DNA of 63,622 bases, counting the filler, from Streblomastix strix (taxonomy: Eukaryota), in NCBI GenBank assembly GCA_008636045.1. It is 2 parts of 2 records of this genome, joined end to end, with 100 filler letters (N's around TTAATTAATTAA, not from the genome) between each part and the next. Parts side by side here need not be neighbours in the genome. Positions count along the whole stretch, not along the records: positions 1 to 31,789 come from SNRW01000077.1; 1 more part is not named here. One strand, written 5' to 3'. A model generated the notes under the pieces. That model did no database searches. It was given only the letters and a program-made list of their open reading frames with translations, and had not been told where the DNA came from. Numbering within the stretch: position 1 is the stretch's first letter; each line of letters opens with the position of its first letter. This document shows, piece by piece, positions 14,437-27,726 of the stretch. A program made the translations under genes and the position numbers.

Positions 14437-17400
14437 ATGACTGAATAGACAGTCGTGCTAGATATTGGTACTGGAGTATGCTTTCATTTTCTAATGGTTG
14501 ATAATTATAAAAATTATGTATAATTTTTCTATTGAATACTTCATCCATCTCACAGTTCGTGAAGTGCGGATTTGCAGGCGATAAAATGCCCCAGCACATA
14601 TTCCAATCTATGGTTGGTAGGCCAATGATGCGTTCTGAGGAAGAGATCGGCGACGTACAATTAAAAGTTTGCGTATATATTTTGCATGTGACGAGAATTA
14701 TTAATTTTTTCCAAATTTTTTTTGATCGCTCCTTTCAACTATACACATCATATATTTTTTAAAATGAATTATTGCACTATTCATCAATCAATATTTTGTA
14801 AAATTTATTTTGTCATACAGGACATTATGTGCGGGACTGAGTGCGCAGCGTTGAGACACATTTTGGCTTGCACTTATCCTGTCAACAACGGGATAATTCA
14901 AAATTGGGATGACATGTTTCACCTCTGGGATTACACATTCTTTGAAAGACTCAAGGTATAATACTTTTTTATACTTGAAAAATAATTTTTTTCATACAAT
15001 TAATGAAATTTTTATTTAATCCAGATAAAACCCGAGAACTGCAACATCCTCCTGACCGAAGCCGTCCTCAACCCCCTCCAGAACAGGAAGAAGCTGATTG
15101 AGACTATGTTTGACAAGTATCACTTCAGGGGTGTGCACGTCGCTACACAAGCTGTGCTCACTTTATACGCGCAGGGGCTTCTAACAGGCGTGGTTTGCGA
15201 TTCTGGTGATGGTGTAACACATATAATTCCGGTGTATCAAGGTTTAGTGATATTACTTTGGATTGTTATATATTATTTAAATATAATATATATGAATTTA
15301 TTAATATAAATACATAAAATATAATTACAAACATTTTTATTTATTTTATTTGATAATATTTAATATTAGGGTTCAATCTAAATCAGGCTGTCAAACGTAT
15401 GGACATTGCAGGTCGTGATGTGACTAAGTATTTAATGGAGCTGTTGCGTCTTAGGGGGTATAACTTTATTAGGAAGATAAATAGATAAGTTGATTTAATT
15501 ATATTTCTATTATTTTATGCATTATTTTTCATTTTGTTTTGTTTATATAAAATATATTTCAGATATAATTTCAATCGTCAAGCTGATTTCGAGACAGTTG
15601 GTATGCATTACATTATGTTTAATAATATATATAGTTCCTGCATTATATCATTAATATATTACTTCGATTATTTATATTATTTATCAATTAATTATTTCAA
15701 TTATTCATTTATTAACTATTCATTCCCTCATAAATCCATTCACTCCATTCCATAATCCAGGCATAATCAAAGAGAAGTATTGCTATGTAGGACTTGATCC
15801 CGAGTTTGAAGAGCGTCTTGCAACTGAGACAACCACATTAACTGAATCATACGAGCTCCCTGATGGAAGAGTTATTAAGGTTTGGGATTGTAGGGATATA
15901 TAATATTCTATTAATATTAATATTAATATTAATATTAGTAATAGTATTGTTGATTAATTATTTAATTAGATATATATGTTATATTATATTAAATGTTAAA
16001 TGAAATAGTTAAATTGAAATTTGAATTGATGATATTAAATTGAATTAATTATTTATATTTATTATTCTTATTTATTTATATTATTCTTATTTATTTATAT
16101 ATTATATATAGATTGGGCGTGAAAGATATCGCGCTCCTGAATGCCTTTTCAAACCACATCTCCTTGATATTGAAGGTTAATTAATTGATATATTAATTAA
16201 TAATAATAGAAAATATAATATATAATTATATTATATTAAATAAATAAAATAATTTTAATATTAAAATAAATATTATTTATTCATAATTTATTATTTATTT
16301 AATTATATTGTATTATTATTAATATTACTATTTATTAATCAGGCGGAGGAGTAGCAGAACAAGTATTCAACTCAATCAACGAATGCGATATTGGCATGAA
16401 ATTAATATATATAAACATAATATTAACATTTAATTTATTTATTTAATGTATTTTATTTATTCATTTATTTAATTCATTAATTAATTCATTTAATATAATC
16501 AATTTATTTATTCATTTAATATAATCAATTTATTTATTTAATGTATTTTATTTATTCATTTAATCGATTCATTCATTCATTCATTCTTTCCCAATTCACT
16601 ATTTAGATGTACGTCCCGATCTTTATGAGCACATCATTCTCAGCGGAGGATCAACAATGTTCCCTGGATTCCCTACAAGACTGGAGAAGGAGGTGTAAAT
16701 ATTGAATATATAGAAATATATATAGGAAAATAATTAATATATATAATTGTTATAATGAAATAGAGATAATAATAATAATGAAATATATTAATAATGATAA
16801 TAATATATTAATATTCAAAGAGATTGGTAGATTTTTAATATTGATTTTATATATTTTATTATTTTTAATGTTATTCAGGTGAAAGAACTCTACAAAACAA
16901 AGATCCTTAAAGGAAACGCAGCAGGAAATGCTAATGTTTGCAATTATATATATATTAATAATTAATAATATATATATTTAGTTATTGTATTTTAATTTTT
17001 CTTATTATATTTAATTTTATTTTCACTTATTTTTTCCACTCATATAAATAGGCAAGCCGTTCCAAGAAGATAAAGATAACAATTGAAGATCCTCCACGTC
17101 GCAAATATTTTGTCTTCACTGGTATGAAAATATAAATATAAATATTTAGAGATTTAATACTAGAATAAATATAAATATAATTACAAATAATTTAAATTAA
17201 AATTAAATTAAATTACTTAATAATTATTTATATCTACTTAATATTAAATAACTATTATATTATTCAAATATATCCTATCATAATATATTATATATTATAT
17301 ATGTTCATATTATATATATTTATATTCATATAATATATTTATATTCATATAATATATTTATATATATTCTATATATTCTATATATATATAATTCATATAT

Positions 17401-17507
17401 CAGGCGGCAGCGTGTTGGCGCAGGTCGGCTCAAAACAGCCTGAGTTTTGGATCACCCAAAAAGAATACAAAGAAAAAGGAGCCGCTCAATTGGTTAACAA
17501 ACACTGA
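14437..17507 (+). CDS. ARP2: Actin-related protein 2 (Arp2/3 complex), 13 exons
   Basis: [90 protein letters not shown]; 12 introns; TGA 17505-17507. Confidence 0.95.
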
Positions 17508-18254
17508 TTGAATAAATGAATGAATGAATAAATAAAGGAATAATTGATTTGATTGAAGAATAATGAAAGAGTTTATATTATAATATGAATAAGGATTATT
17601 TGTTTTGTTGATTATAGGAATGTAATGGAGTTTGAGTTATAGATATGAATATGAAGATAGCACATCATATATTTAATAATAATGAAGAGGTGGTACTTTT
17701 AGTCACTTAACTGCTTTTTTTTTTATTATATACATAAATTCATATACACAAATAAAATAATGTATATAATAAATGAATGTGCTGATTTTAAATTTGTTTT
17801 ATACTTATTTCGAAGAAAATTTGGTGATTATATTATTTCGCTCACAAACTAGTGTTTATTGAATAATGAAAACTGAACAGGTGTTGTGAAATGAATAGAA
17901 AAAGTATCAAGGTATTTGCCAGAAGCAGAAATTTATTTCGCAAGGCGTTCCAAAAATAAAAATTTAGATTAAAAGACAGATTAAATGATGTGAAATTGTG
18001 TAAAAAGGTGTAAAAGTAGAAAAAAGTAAAAAATTCAATGGTAATGAAACAAATATAAGAAAGTTATTTGAAACAGTGTGAAAATTGCTACTAAATACGA
18101 AATAAATCTAGAATATCAAATATCACAAGCTCTTCTTACATCAATAAATTAACACTACATACTATTTGTTTCAATTTAGCTCCTAAACATTTATACATAA
18201 TAATTCTATGCTATTATTGTATATTTTTGATCTGAGATATATATTTTTTTATCA

Positions 18255-19318
18255 TCATTTACGCAAGAACCACTCCATCAGAAATCTTACTCCATCTCCT
18301 CGAAGTGCACTTGTTGATAAGACGTGGTATGCTTTATATGTTTAATATGTTAATTAATATATGTAGAATATAGATGGAGATAAATATTAATATGTTTATA
18401 AACAATTAATAATATATATATAAATAATAAATAAACAAATACAATAAATAAACGTGTTAATATATTGCATACATCTATTAATGACTTGTTTTTCAGCGTC
18501 TTTCCCAAATAGCCCTTCAACAAGCTGCTCAACTGTGATTGCACCTTCCAGATCATTCTTATTGCCTACAATCAGAAGTGGTTTGTTGCAGATAGCTATG
18601 TTTGGGAAAAATAAAGAAAATTATTATATTGATATAATAAGATAATAATAGTAATTAATAATGAAAATATAATTGAAAGAGTACCTTAATTATTCAGAAT
18701 AAAATCATTAAGTGTTTTGCGGGCCTCCTCCAGTCTACTTCTGTTGCTCGCATCAACTACGAATATTATAAGGTCAGTCTGCCCATCGTATCGCTTCCAA
18801 TGCACTCGAAAGGCTTCTTGGCCGGATAAGTCGAGAATATTGAGAGGAAGTCCACGCAATTGGAGTTGGTATGCTTCGACTCCGATTGTAGGGACGGTAT
18901 CCATCTCTTCGACCTTGGCTGCACGCACCTCGTGCTGCATTGGATCCTTTGTGTCGTCATTAGGATCACCTTGATCTTCTATTTCTTAAATGTGTGTACG
19001 GATACGACGCAGCAAAGTTGTTTTGCCAGCGCCATCAAGTCCACAGAAAACAATAAACTTCACGTCGTCTTCTTCCGTCTTGCTTCCTGCACAACCCTGA
19101 TTTTGATCATTTAAAATAAAAATTAATTAATTTAATGCAATTACAATCAAGCAGGTTTGAATCAATATCAATATAGAAAAAATGAATTTACAAAAGTTTC
19201 AGCATGCAAGACTTTAATTTGTACATTCCTTTATATAAAACTATTTAAAATAAATAATTGTGTTTAAATTAAGTATTATAAATATGATGCAGTTACTATC
19301 AGAGGAGAAATTTACCAT
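18255..19318 (-). CDS. Arf-like (Arl) small GTPase with MGCAGS acylation motif
   Basis: G1 GLDGAGKTT, G2 PTIG, G3 DLSGQ, G4 NKND, G5 TSAL; first coding exon is ATG only (19316-19318), intron 19315-19097; stop 18257-18255. Confidence 0.9.
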
Positions 19319-19982
19319 TTTTAAAAATTTGAAGATGGGACAATAGAACAAATAAATAGTAATACTTTGTTATAGTCTTTTTACTAAATTATTAGTCTAA
19401 TTAAAAACTTTTTTGAAAATGTTGAAAACAGGATCTTTTAAGGAAGGGAACATAATTTAAACTAAAAATTATAGGTCTGATATTTCATCTTACAGGTACT
19501 TATTTTTCTGGATATCCAATTTAATTAATATAATTTGTTGTTTTTGTTTAAATATCAAGTTTTCTTAACAGTTTAACTTTGTACGACTTAAAAAAAACAG
19601 AAATTACATTTTCCTAGCCACCATCAATACACAAATAATTTTTCATAATTATATTGAGATTATTTTGCATTCTCAATCCATTTTGCATAATTTTTTATTC
19701 TCACTCTTTAGATTATTTAGAAATAAACTCATGAAATTCTCTGTCGATAAATTGACAATATATCAGAACACAAGAAATAATAGTCTATTTAAACGGATTA
19801 TTTTATATAGTACACATTATTTAATTGTATTTCATTTAATTGAAATATAAATTTTAAGCTAGATATATTATATTTTCTTTACTTTCAAAAATTCTTTATT
19901 ATAATTTAATTTTCTATTATTATTTTATCGCTATTTTTATTCTTTATAATTCTTTTTTCTTTAGTCAATTAGAAATTAAACA

Positions 19983-21249
19983 ATGGTTTGAAAATTTACC
20001 TTCATGAGCTTATTTGGAAGAAGATAAATTACAATTTTTATATTTTTTTTATAAATATTCAATAATTTTTTTATTCTCACTTCTATAATTTTGCCTAGCT
20101 TGACATCAAGAAACGTGCCGCAGAGCGCAAGAAGCAGCAGGAGGAGGACGAGAGACGTCAGGCCGAACTGGAAGCTGAAGAGAAAAAATCGGGAAAAAAA
20201 GCTGATGCGTAAGTTGGACTTCCAGCCCACCACAGAGCTCTTTCAAACCGCTCTTTGATGATCACAAAAGATCTGCAGATGTTGATGCTTCCTGATATTA
20301 TTAAGATGAGGGTGTGATATATATTAATCTAGTATATACTTGCATTATTAGAATGCTTTTATTTTTTATTTTTTTTGTTTATTTTTACGAAACGATTATA
20401 AATTAACATACTTGCATTATTATTATATATACAAATTATTCATAAACTAATCTCATTACATTACTATCATATATACCACACACTATATCCAGTACCCCAA
20501 AGTAGGCGACGTTCGCGAGATCGAATTCCTCGTTTCCCCAGAAGACGGATATTGGAAAGGAGGGAATTTTCTCTTCAACGTCAAATTTCCACCTGAGTAC
20601 AATATGGTCCCACCGATTGTTAAATGCTTAACTAAAGTGTATCATCCGAACATCGACTATAATACGGATGTGTGCATGAGCATTCTGAGGGTGGCGAAGA
20701 GCGAGGAGTTAGTTTTTATTGTTATTATATATATATAAATTGAAAATTTTATTTTTTTCTTATATTTATATATTATTCACTTCAATATATATTAATTACT
20801 ATATCATATTATATATTACTCATTATAACCTGCATACACACCTGTTAATTCCAGAGACGGGGGCTGGACAGCCACGCGAGGTCTCCAGGATGTTGTGACC
20901 AACATGATCGTTCTCTTCTTGGAACCAGTTGCATCTGATGCTCTGAATATTCCAGTTGGAAACACGATGATGAAGTAGAAGGATGTGTTTGAGAGGAACG
21001 TCAAAGCGTCGATGCGCGGCGAGAGAGTAGATGGGTGTGTATATAATATGTATATATATGCTTATATATACAATGATTACAATTATCAATATGTATATTT
21101 ATGTATAAATTATATTTATTAGAATATATGAATTAGCGTTTTAATGTTATTGACTTTATAAATATGTATTTATTTGAATTGTTAGGCAAACATTCGAGGT
21201 GCAGCCAATTAAGTACGATTTCTCATCAGGCAAGAAGGGAGCAAAGTGA
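19983..21249 (+). CDS. UBC12: NEDD8-conjugating E2 enzyme (Ubc12/UBE2M-UBE2F family)
   Basis: PEDGYWKGGNFLF, PPIVKCLTKVYHPNIDYNTDVCMSILR (catalytic Cys), DALN, FERNVKASMRG; ATG-only first exon, 4 introns, TGA 21247-21249. Confidence 0.88.
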
Positions 21250-21469
21250 AAATGCCAAATAATAATTCATTTTAACAATCACTTACACATTGAATCAATC
21301 GAATTAATTTGTTGATCATAATAAATAGTTATTGGAAATGGGATATTGTTTGATAGTTTTAAGATAAGTTGGTAAAAATGAAATTTATTTTATATGTTAT
21401 GCCTCCAATTTTACTTTCGTTCAGACACAAAAAGCATAGTTAAATTTCCATAGGTTTATATTTGAGTTG

Positions 21470-21590
21470 ATTTCTAGAACTTGCGTCAGTACCGCCGCGG
21501 GAGCTACCTATGGCTGCACTTATGGAATAGCTACTAGGGCAGGACATCAACTGTCCTATAGCTATCGTTTGAATTGTTCCGCTGCTTTTT
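21470..21590. other. GC-rich intergenic island with hairpin; possible ncRNA or element remnant
   Basis: atagctactagggcag-gacatcaa-ctgtcctatagctat forms a ~15-bp imperfect stem within very AT-rich flanks. Confidence 0.25.
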
Positions 21591-22177
21591 GAATGTTCAA
21601 GTTCAGAATTATTGATGAATTTTCAATTGGTAGTCAATAACTTTCTCCATTGTTTATAAAATGCTATTATTTTGGACTATATCTTATTCAGTACTTATTT
21701 CATTCAGAATATGAAGAGTTTAAATGTTCATCATTCATTTTCCAGCAAGTTGTTGCAGAAATTTGGGTATTTGCTGTTTTTCACTCGTTGTTCATACATT
21801 TGACTCATCATATTTGCATTCATTATCAATGCATTATTTCAAAAGGGTTCTTAAATTATTTATAACATTTTACATTCTTTGTATCGTTAACAACAATTCT
21901 TTAAAATTATCTAATTTCTGCGATAAGCATCCTTTCATTTCACTTACTTATCACATATTTACATGCTATGCTATATCACTGATTTTAATCTAATAATTTT
22001 CACATTACGTTCAGTCTTTTAATTCTTAAATGCAATAAATGAACTTTTTTTGTTCGACCTTAAATTTTTCACAAGATAATTAGAATTTGAACATATTAAT
22101 TGTTTAAAGTTACGTAATATGCAGTATACTCATCACATTTACTAATTTTTATTTTATTCCTTAGTCGTCTCATTGAT

Positions 22178-23527
22178 ATGACAATGCATTCTTATTAGCT
22201 TAAAAAATAAGCATCAAAATCGAAATTTAGTGCTGTAGATGCTCAAAAAGGTATGAAATTATAAAGTATATATAAAATTTACTAAGAAATAATAATCAAT
22301 TTTTATTCCAATTCTTAAATTTTTATAAAATTATTTAAATTTAATATTTTATCTTCAGATTCAAGTCCATATACCGCACTAATACCAAGTGAAGAAGATA
22401 CTAAAGTTATTGGAGAAACTTTTACTTCAACTAGTACCAATCATTCAACAATTCTCTTTGACCCAGTTGTTGAGAAAGGAATAGTGAAATTTGAAATTCA
22501 GAACGTTCAAAGAGTACATTGTTAGTTCTTATTTAATTTATTAAAAAAACGAATAAATAATTTCAAACATATATATAATTTTCATATAAATTCATTCTCT
22601 ATAATATTTATGTGTATCTTTCCAACGAGCAGGCGTAGGAATCGCGGACGAATCTATGAGATATAGCCCTGGTGAGGAACCTGGAGCTAGAGGTATGCAA
22701 TATTTAATATATAATATATGATTATATGATTATGAATAGGATATTAAATACTAATTATTAACTGTCTGTTCATTTATAATTACTTTATTAGGCTGGGAGA
22801 AGATGGCTGAATATAATTTCGAGTGTGTTTATATTTCCTTATATTTATTTATTTATTTAAATCAATTATTAATATTTCTCTTATTATTAATTATTTATTA
22901 TTAAATATTTATTATTTAATATTATTATTATTATTGAATATTTATTATTATTAGAGGAACTATTGGCCGTAATTTTGAATGGACTGATGACAATGCAACG
23001 TTCAAAACTGATGATGTTGTCACGATGGAAGTTTGCATGAATAAAATGGATTGAATTATTTAAAATAAGAATTAATTTTAATTTTATTATATTTATAATC
23101 AGCTGGACATGGAAGCAAGCCCGCGAACGTTGACATTCTTTGTCAATGGTAAGGAGCAACCGAATTATGTTTCAAAAGTGCCTGCTGCCGTCCGATTCTT
23201 TGTTTGACTAAACAACAATTTTTTTAAACATAATTATATATTAATAATCATTTATTCAATTTTATATTAAATCGCATTTCTTTATTAATACTTATTTATT
23301 AGGTTCATCTCAGTGCCTAAGACTAAGCATTCAAAATTATCAAGTTCGAGACACTGCCTGAGCCGACAGCAAAACACGATGTTGATGATGCTGATGACTG
23401 GCGGTTTTGAACATAATGGAACAAAATAGATTAAGAACGAATGAAGGATTTAAGAGAAGAAGAAAATAAGAAAAGATTTAATAAAGATATAAAAAATATT
23501 AGATTCACACTGACCAATGAAGAATGA
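22178..23527 (+). CDS. SPRY/B30.2-like domain protein (multi-exon; TGA at 23408 may be premature)
   Basis: ILFDPVVEKGIVKFEI..VGIADES..FKTDDVVTME|LDMEASPRTLTFFVNGKEQP..VPAAVRFF matches the SPRY signature (GDxVxxxLDxxxxTLxFxxNG). 5' end uncertain. Confidence 0.7.
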
Positions 23528-23855
23528 ACTTGCTTTTCAATATAACTCTTTAATAGCCAAATGTTGCTTATATATACTTTAGTCCTATTTAATAAAATAA
23601 ATTCAAATATTAAAAGAAATGTACAAATAGTTATTTTGAAAGTTGATTGATCTTGCATTTTTATAACTAATATCTACAAATGTGAAAAGAATTAAAATTG
23701 ATATTTTAGCTTTTCTGATAGAAAAAATCAAATTTTTTAGTGAATTAAAGGAAATTTTAATTGATAAGTTTATATATTTGACATATTAAATATAACAATA
23801 TTGAACAAGAAATGAAGTATAATATAATACAATTTAATTAATTAATAAAAAAAAA

Positions 23856-25206
23856 TAGGCCTGGGCAAAAATGGCAAGCTGACAAGGCAATTTTTGTCTG
23901 CCATTCAGTAAAAACTTCGTTTGTCATTGTTTTAAAAAATACTATTTATTTTGCTTAAACTAAAAATAATTCTAACTAAAGATTTAACAGTTTATGTTAT
24001 AAATTAATAAAATTTTGAAAAATAAATAAAATAAAATTAAATAGTTATTGTTTAATATTATTAAAAAAAATTTAAAAGATTAAACAAAATTTGACTTATA
24101 TTTATAAAATAATATTCTAAATATATAAATATAAATTTACAAACGATATTTTTTACAAGTAATTCTTTATCAAACCGTGAAATGTTTCAGCGCATCATAT
24201 AGTTAAACAATAAGTTGTTGTCATATTTACTGGCATTTTATAAAAATTCTAATATAAATATAAAAATACTAATATGTATATTGATTTTTAAATGAAGAGA
24301 TATATCGGAATATTATGAAAAAAATTAATCAAAAATTCTGAAGAATTAATTATGGTTTTTGTCTTTTAAAATAGATTCATCAATAAGGAAATGTAAATAA
24401 AAATAATATAAAATAAATAAATTAATTAATAAAAATATATTTACAAATTGGAATATAATAAACAAAAGTATAAGAATTTCGTGGTTTAATTTTAAATATT
24501 TAAATTTGATTTGATTACTATTTAAAAAATCAATTATAATAATAAATATTTTTGAATTTATTTATACGCGTAAATAATGATAATAAAAATATTAAAATTC
24601 AGTTGATATTGGCAATTGAAGTGAAATAAAAAAAATTTCTTGCACTTGATATCCGGTTTAATATATTTGACTAAAACTTAAATAATTTAAATATAAAATG
24701 AAATAATTGTACGTTTAGTTATTTGGAACAGCAGATGCTTATATAAAAAAATCTCCATTGTAAATATCTTCAGAATTAAGAAAAATGTCAAAATGTCAAA
24801 GTGGCAGCAACTTTGGCATTTTAGCATTTTTGCACTTGATATTGATTCCGTTATGGGGCCAGGTCTTATTTTAAATTTACATTATTGCATATGAAATTAT
24901 AATTGTTTAATATTATTATAATATATAAATAATTTTTACATGATGCCTAGAAGCTGGTGAGCAAAAGTAAATAAAAAATTTAATCTTTTCAAATTTTTTT
25001 AAATTACTACTATATCTATATTTTATATTAGTTATATAACATATTAAATACTAATTATAAAACAATAACGTTATTTCGATAAAGTTTAAAATTTATTGAA
25101 AAAATAAATTATCAAGATTTGAATCTAACTGAAAAAAACTTTTTGTCATTGAAAAATAATCTGTTTGTCATTGAAGTTTTGAAATTTACACATTTACCCA
25201 GGCTTA
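23856..25206. mobile_element. Non-autonomous TIR element (MITE/hAT-like)
   Basis: Left TAGGCCTGGGCAAA (23856) vs right TTTACCCAGGCTTA (ending 25206); subterminal tttgtcattg repeats at ~23920, 25142, 25165; no ORF inside; no clean TSD. Confidence 0.55.
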
Positions 25207-25949
25207 GATAAAAAAATATTAAAAAAAGAAAAATTAATAAATCTTATTTCTCTTCTTGTACACATTTAAATAGATTTATCTGGATTCCTATATGAGTGTT
25301 AACAAAATACTAGTAATATACAAAGAAGAAGTTTGCCGTAACTCCAAAATCATACAAATTCAAATGAATTTACCCAACAAAACTAACGAATAAAAGTATT
25401 GGAAAGTATTTATCCACCACGTTGATGGGAAGCATGTATAAATAAACACTAATCCATCATGCTAATCCAAATTATTAATCCAGTGTGCAGATTCCGAGGA
25501 TTAATCATAAAAATTAATGCAGCAAGATTAATCATATGTATTATTGAGTATAGTAAACATTAGTAACTTCGTTACCGCAAAACGTACATATTGTTCAAGC
25601 GCATGTTGTTAATTTATAAATAAAAAATATAAAGGGTTAACAAATAAAGTTGGTCTTTTTAGTAAGCATGGTGTAACTAGTACACTGTGTTAGCGCCCAT
25701 CAAAAATAATCAAAAACATTTTTTATTAAGAAAAGCCTCAGCTATACATATTGATACTTGCGTATGATTAAGTGAACAATATAGATGGTTTACTTATTTT
25801 TTCTTTAAATCTATATCAAAATCTACAATTTCTATAGTCTTTTGTTTATATACGTTTTATAGTTATACTTCATACTGTTTAAGATAATCATATCGGGTCT
25901 AATCCATTTTAACAGGAAACATAAATTAATTAATCACTATAAATCAAAA

Positions 25950-26582
25950 TTAATATCTTTATCCATTTCTTCATACAACGCAGATTCCTTCTAACATTCG
26001 TTTGGAACATAAACTTATTCAATTATTTATTCTTTTTCAGTAATCTACTTAGGTTACCTATATCGTTTAACTTTTTATTTATATTTCTCCATTTGTTTAA
26101 CAGCACCATAATGTAATTTTTTAATAAATGAATTTTCAGTTCTCAACCAGATTAGTTCTTCCAAATCAAGTTCGGAATTAGTATAATAAATTTATGGATT
26201 TTTTGGTGTTTTTACTATTTTTTTTCTAACTTATTTCTTTAACGGTTTTTCGCTTACTTTGCTTATTGATATTTCATCTCTATCATTTTAATTTACATTG
26301 CTCCGATCTTCAATTACCTCTTATGATTCATAAGATATAAAATCTTCTTCATTATCAGCCTATTTTTAGGTTATTTTTTAATTATTTTCTTTGATTCCAA
26401 CCCTCCTCCAAGAGCTTTTAACAATAACTTATTCTATTATGTTTATGTTAATTTTTAAGTTTTTTCTTTCCTACTTCGAATACTATAATATCTTTATTAA
26501 TTTGGATTACTTTTCCATTGTCAAAATATTCAATATTTGTTCCATTGTCTTTCAAATTCTTTAAGGCGGGTTGTAAGTCCAT
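25950..26582 (-). pseudogene. Viral ORF A (charged, unknown), copy 1
   Basis: MDLQPALKNLKDNGTNIEYFDNGKVIQINKDI..; homologous to 48300-48942; frameshifted. Confidence 0.6.
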
Positions 26583-26605
26583 TTGAATATTTATAAATAA
26601 AGAAA

Positions 26606-27307
26606 ATGATAAGGGACATAGAAAGAAACAAAATTTACTTATCAAAATCCAAAAAATATAAGTCTGAAATTAAATTTAAAGAACTACCAGATGAAGATAA
26701 AATTAGGCTTTAATTGATTTATGATGCAATAAGCAGAATCAAGTCAATGCCAATAGTAGATGAAACGACAAGACCAAAAGAATAATATGATGTTATAAAT
26801 GAATCATATACAACCAGATCCCATAAGAAATATAGCATTAATAAATATTAAGAAGTTGATAGAACAACTGCTCAGATTGAACCAGAAGAAACAATAAATT
26901 AACTTGCAGAAGAATAACCAAAATTACAATATCTTTCTCATCTAAATTTAATAGTTTAAAAATTTGACATTGACACAATATTACGTACGATTACACATCG
27001 ATAGCGAGGTGACGATTTCATATTCTCATCAGATAACTTCATTAAATTTTGGTGCTTGATTACGTAGAATGATGAATAAGATGTAGAGATAGTATTGGAG
27101 GAAGCAATCATAAAGCCACATACATTTATGCCACGAAAGTATAAAAAAAGATTTGGTTAGAGTATAGGATATTTTAATCAAAATATATCAGTTAAAATAG
27201 TAGATAATGTTCTAAATAATTCTATTGAGAAACAATATTGAGTTAACTGTGATTTTATTCGAAAAAGTGATGTACGAGAAGTAGAGATTACAGATAATAA
27301 TTTTTGA
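26606..27307 (+). CDS. Viral ORF B (unknown), copy 1
   Basis: MIRDIERNK..YLSHLNL..RGDDFIFSSDNFIKFW..; TGA 27305-27307; homologous to 48965-49740. Confidence 0.65.
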
Positions 27308-27335
27308 TTATACTAATTTTATTTTTATCAAATAA

Positions 27336-27701
27336 ATGGCAGAGTAAAACAACTGGGAAATATTTAATGCAGATAATTACTTTGAAATGATTGCAAATGA
27401 ACCACATACTATAAGAAGAATAAAAGACGGATTTATTCCAAAAATCTCAAAGGATAAATCTTAAGGATATAACACTTCATATCTAAATTAATAGTAGCAT
27501 TTATATCATAGAATATTAGCAATTTAATTTTTACTTAATCTAAATAATTTATATAATATTGATCATAAAAATGGATTAAAATTTCGTAAATTCAAAAGAA
27601 ATTCTATAGGTAAATTATAAGTGTTTGTGAATGTTGTAGATATGGAATAGAAAAGAGTATAAATATCAATTAATAAACTAAGGAATGGAAATTATGAATG
27701 A
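27336..27701 (+). pseudogene. HNH homing-endonuclease-like gene, internally deleted
   Basis: EPHTIRRIKDG..GY..LN..HLYHRILAIQFLLNLNNLYNIDHKNG resembles the HRLVAxAFIPNPxNxPxVDHxN consensus of phage/NCLDV HNH endonucleases; the downstream DNxxxNL motif is absent. Confidence 0.7.
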
Positions 27702-27726
27702 ATAGCCTACTAATTTTGTAATAAAA

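Noticed and set aside
16380..17400. ATTC/ATAT microsatellite-like tracts as functional repeats
   Set aside because: They lie inside AT-rich ARP2 introns and are ordinary low complexity.
25240..25940. Protease call for the leftmost ORF of viral copy 1 (SAHWIN in one frame)
   Set aside because: The frame is ambiguous and broken, and another frame reads as a hydrophobic protein; no supporting catalytic motifs.
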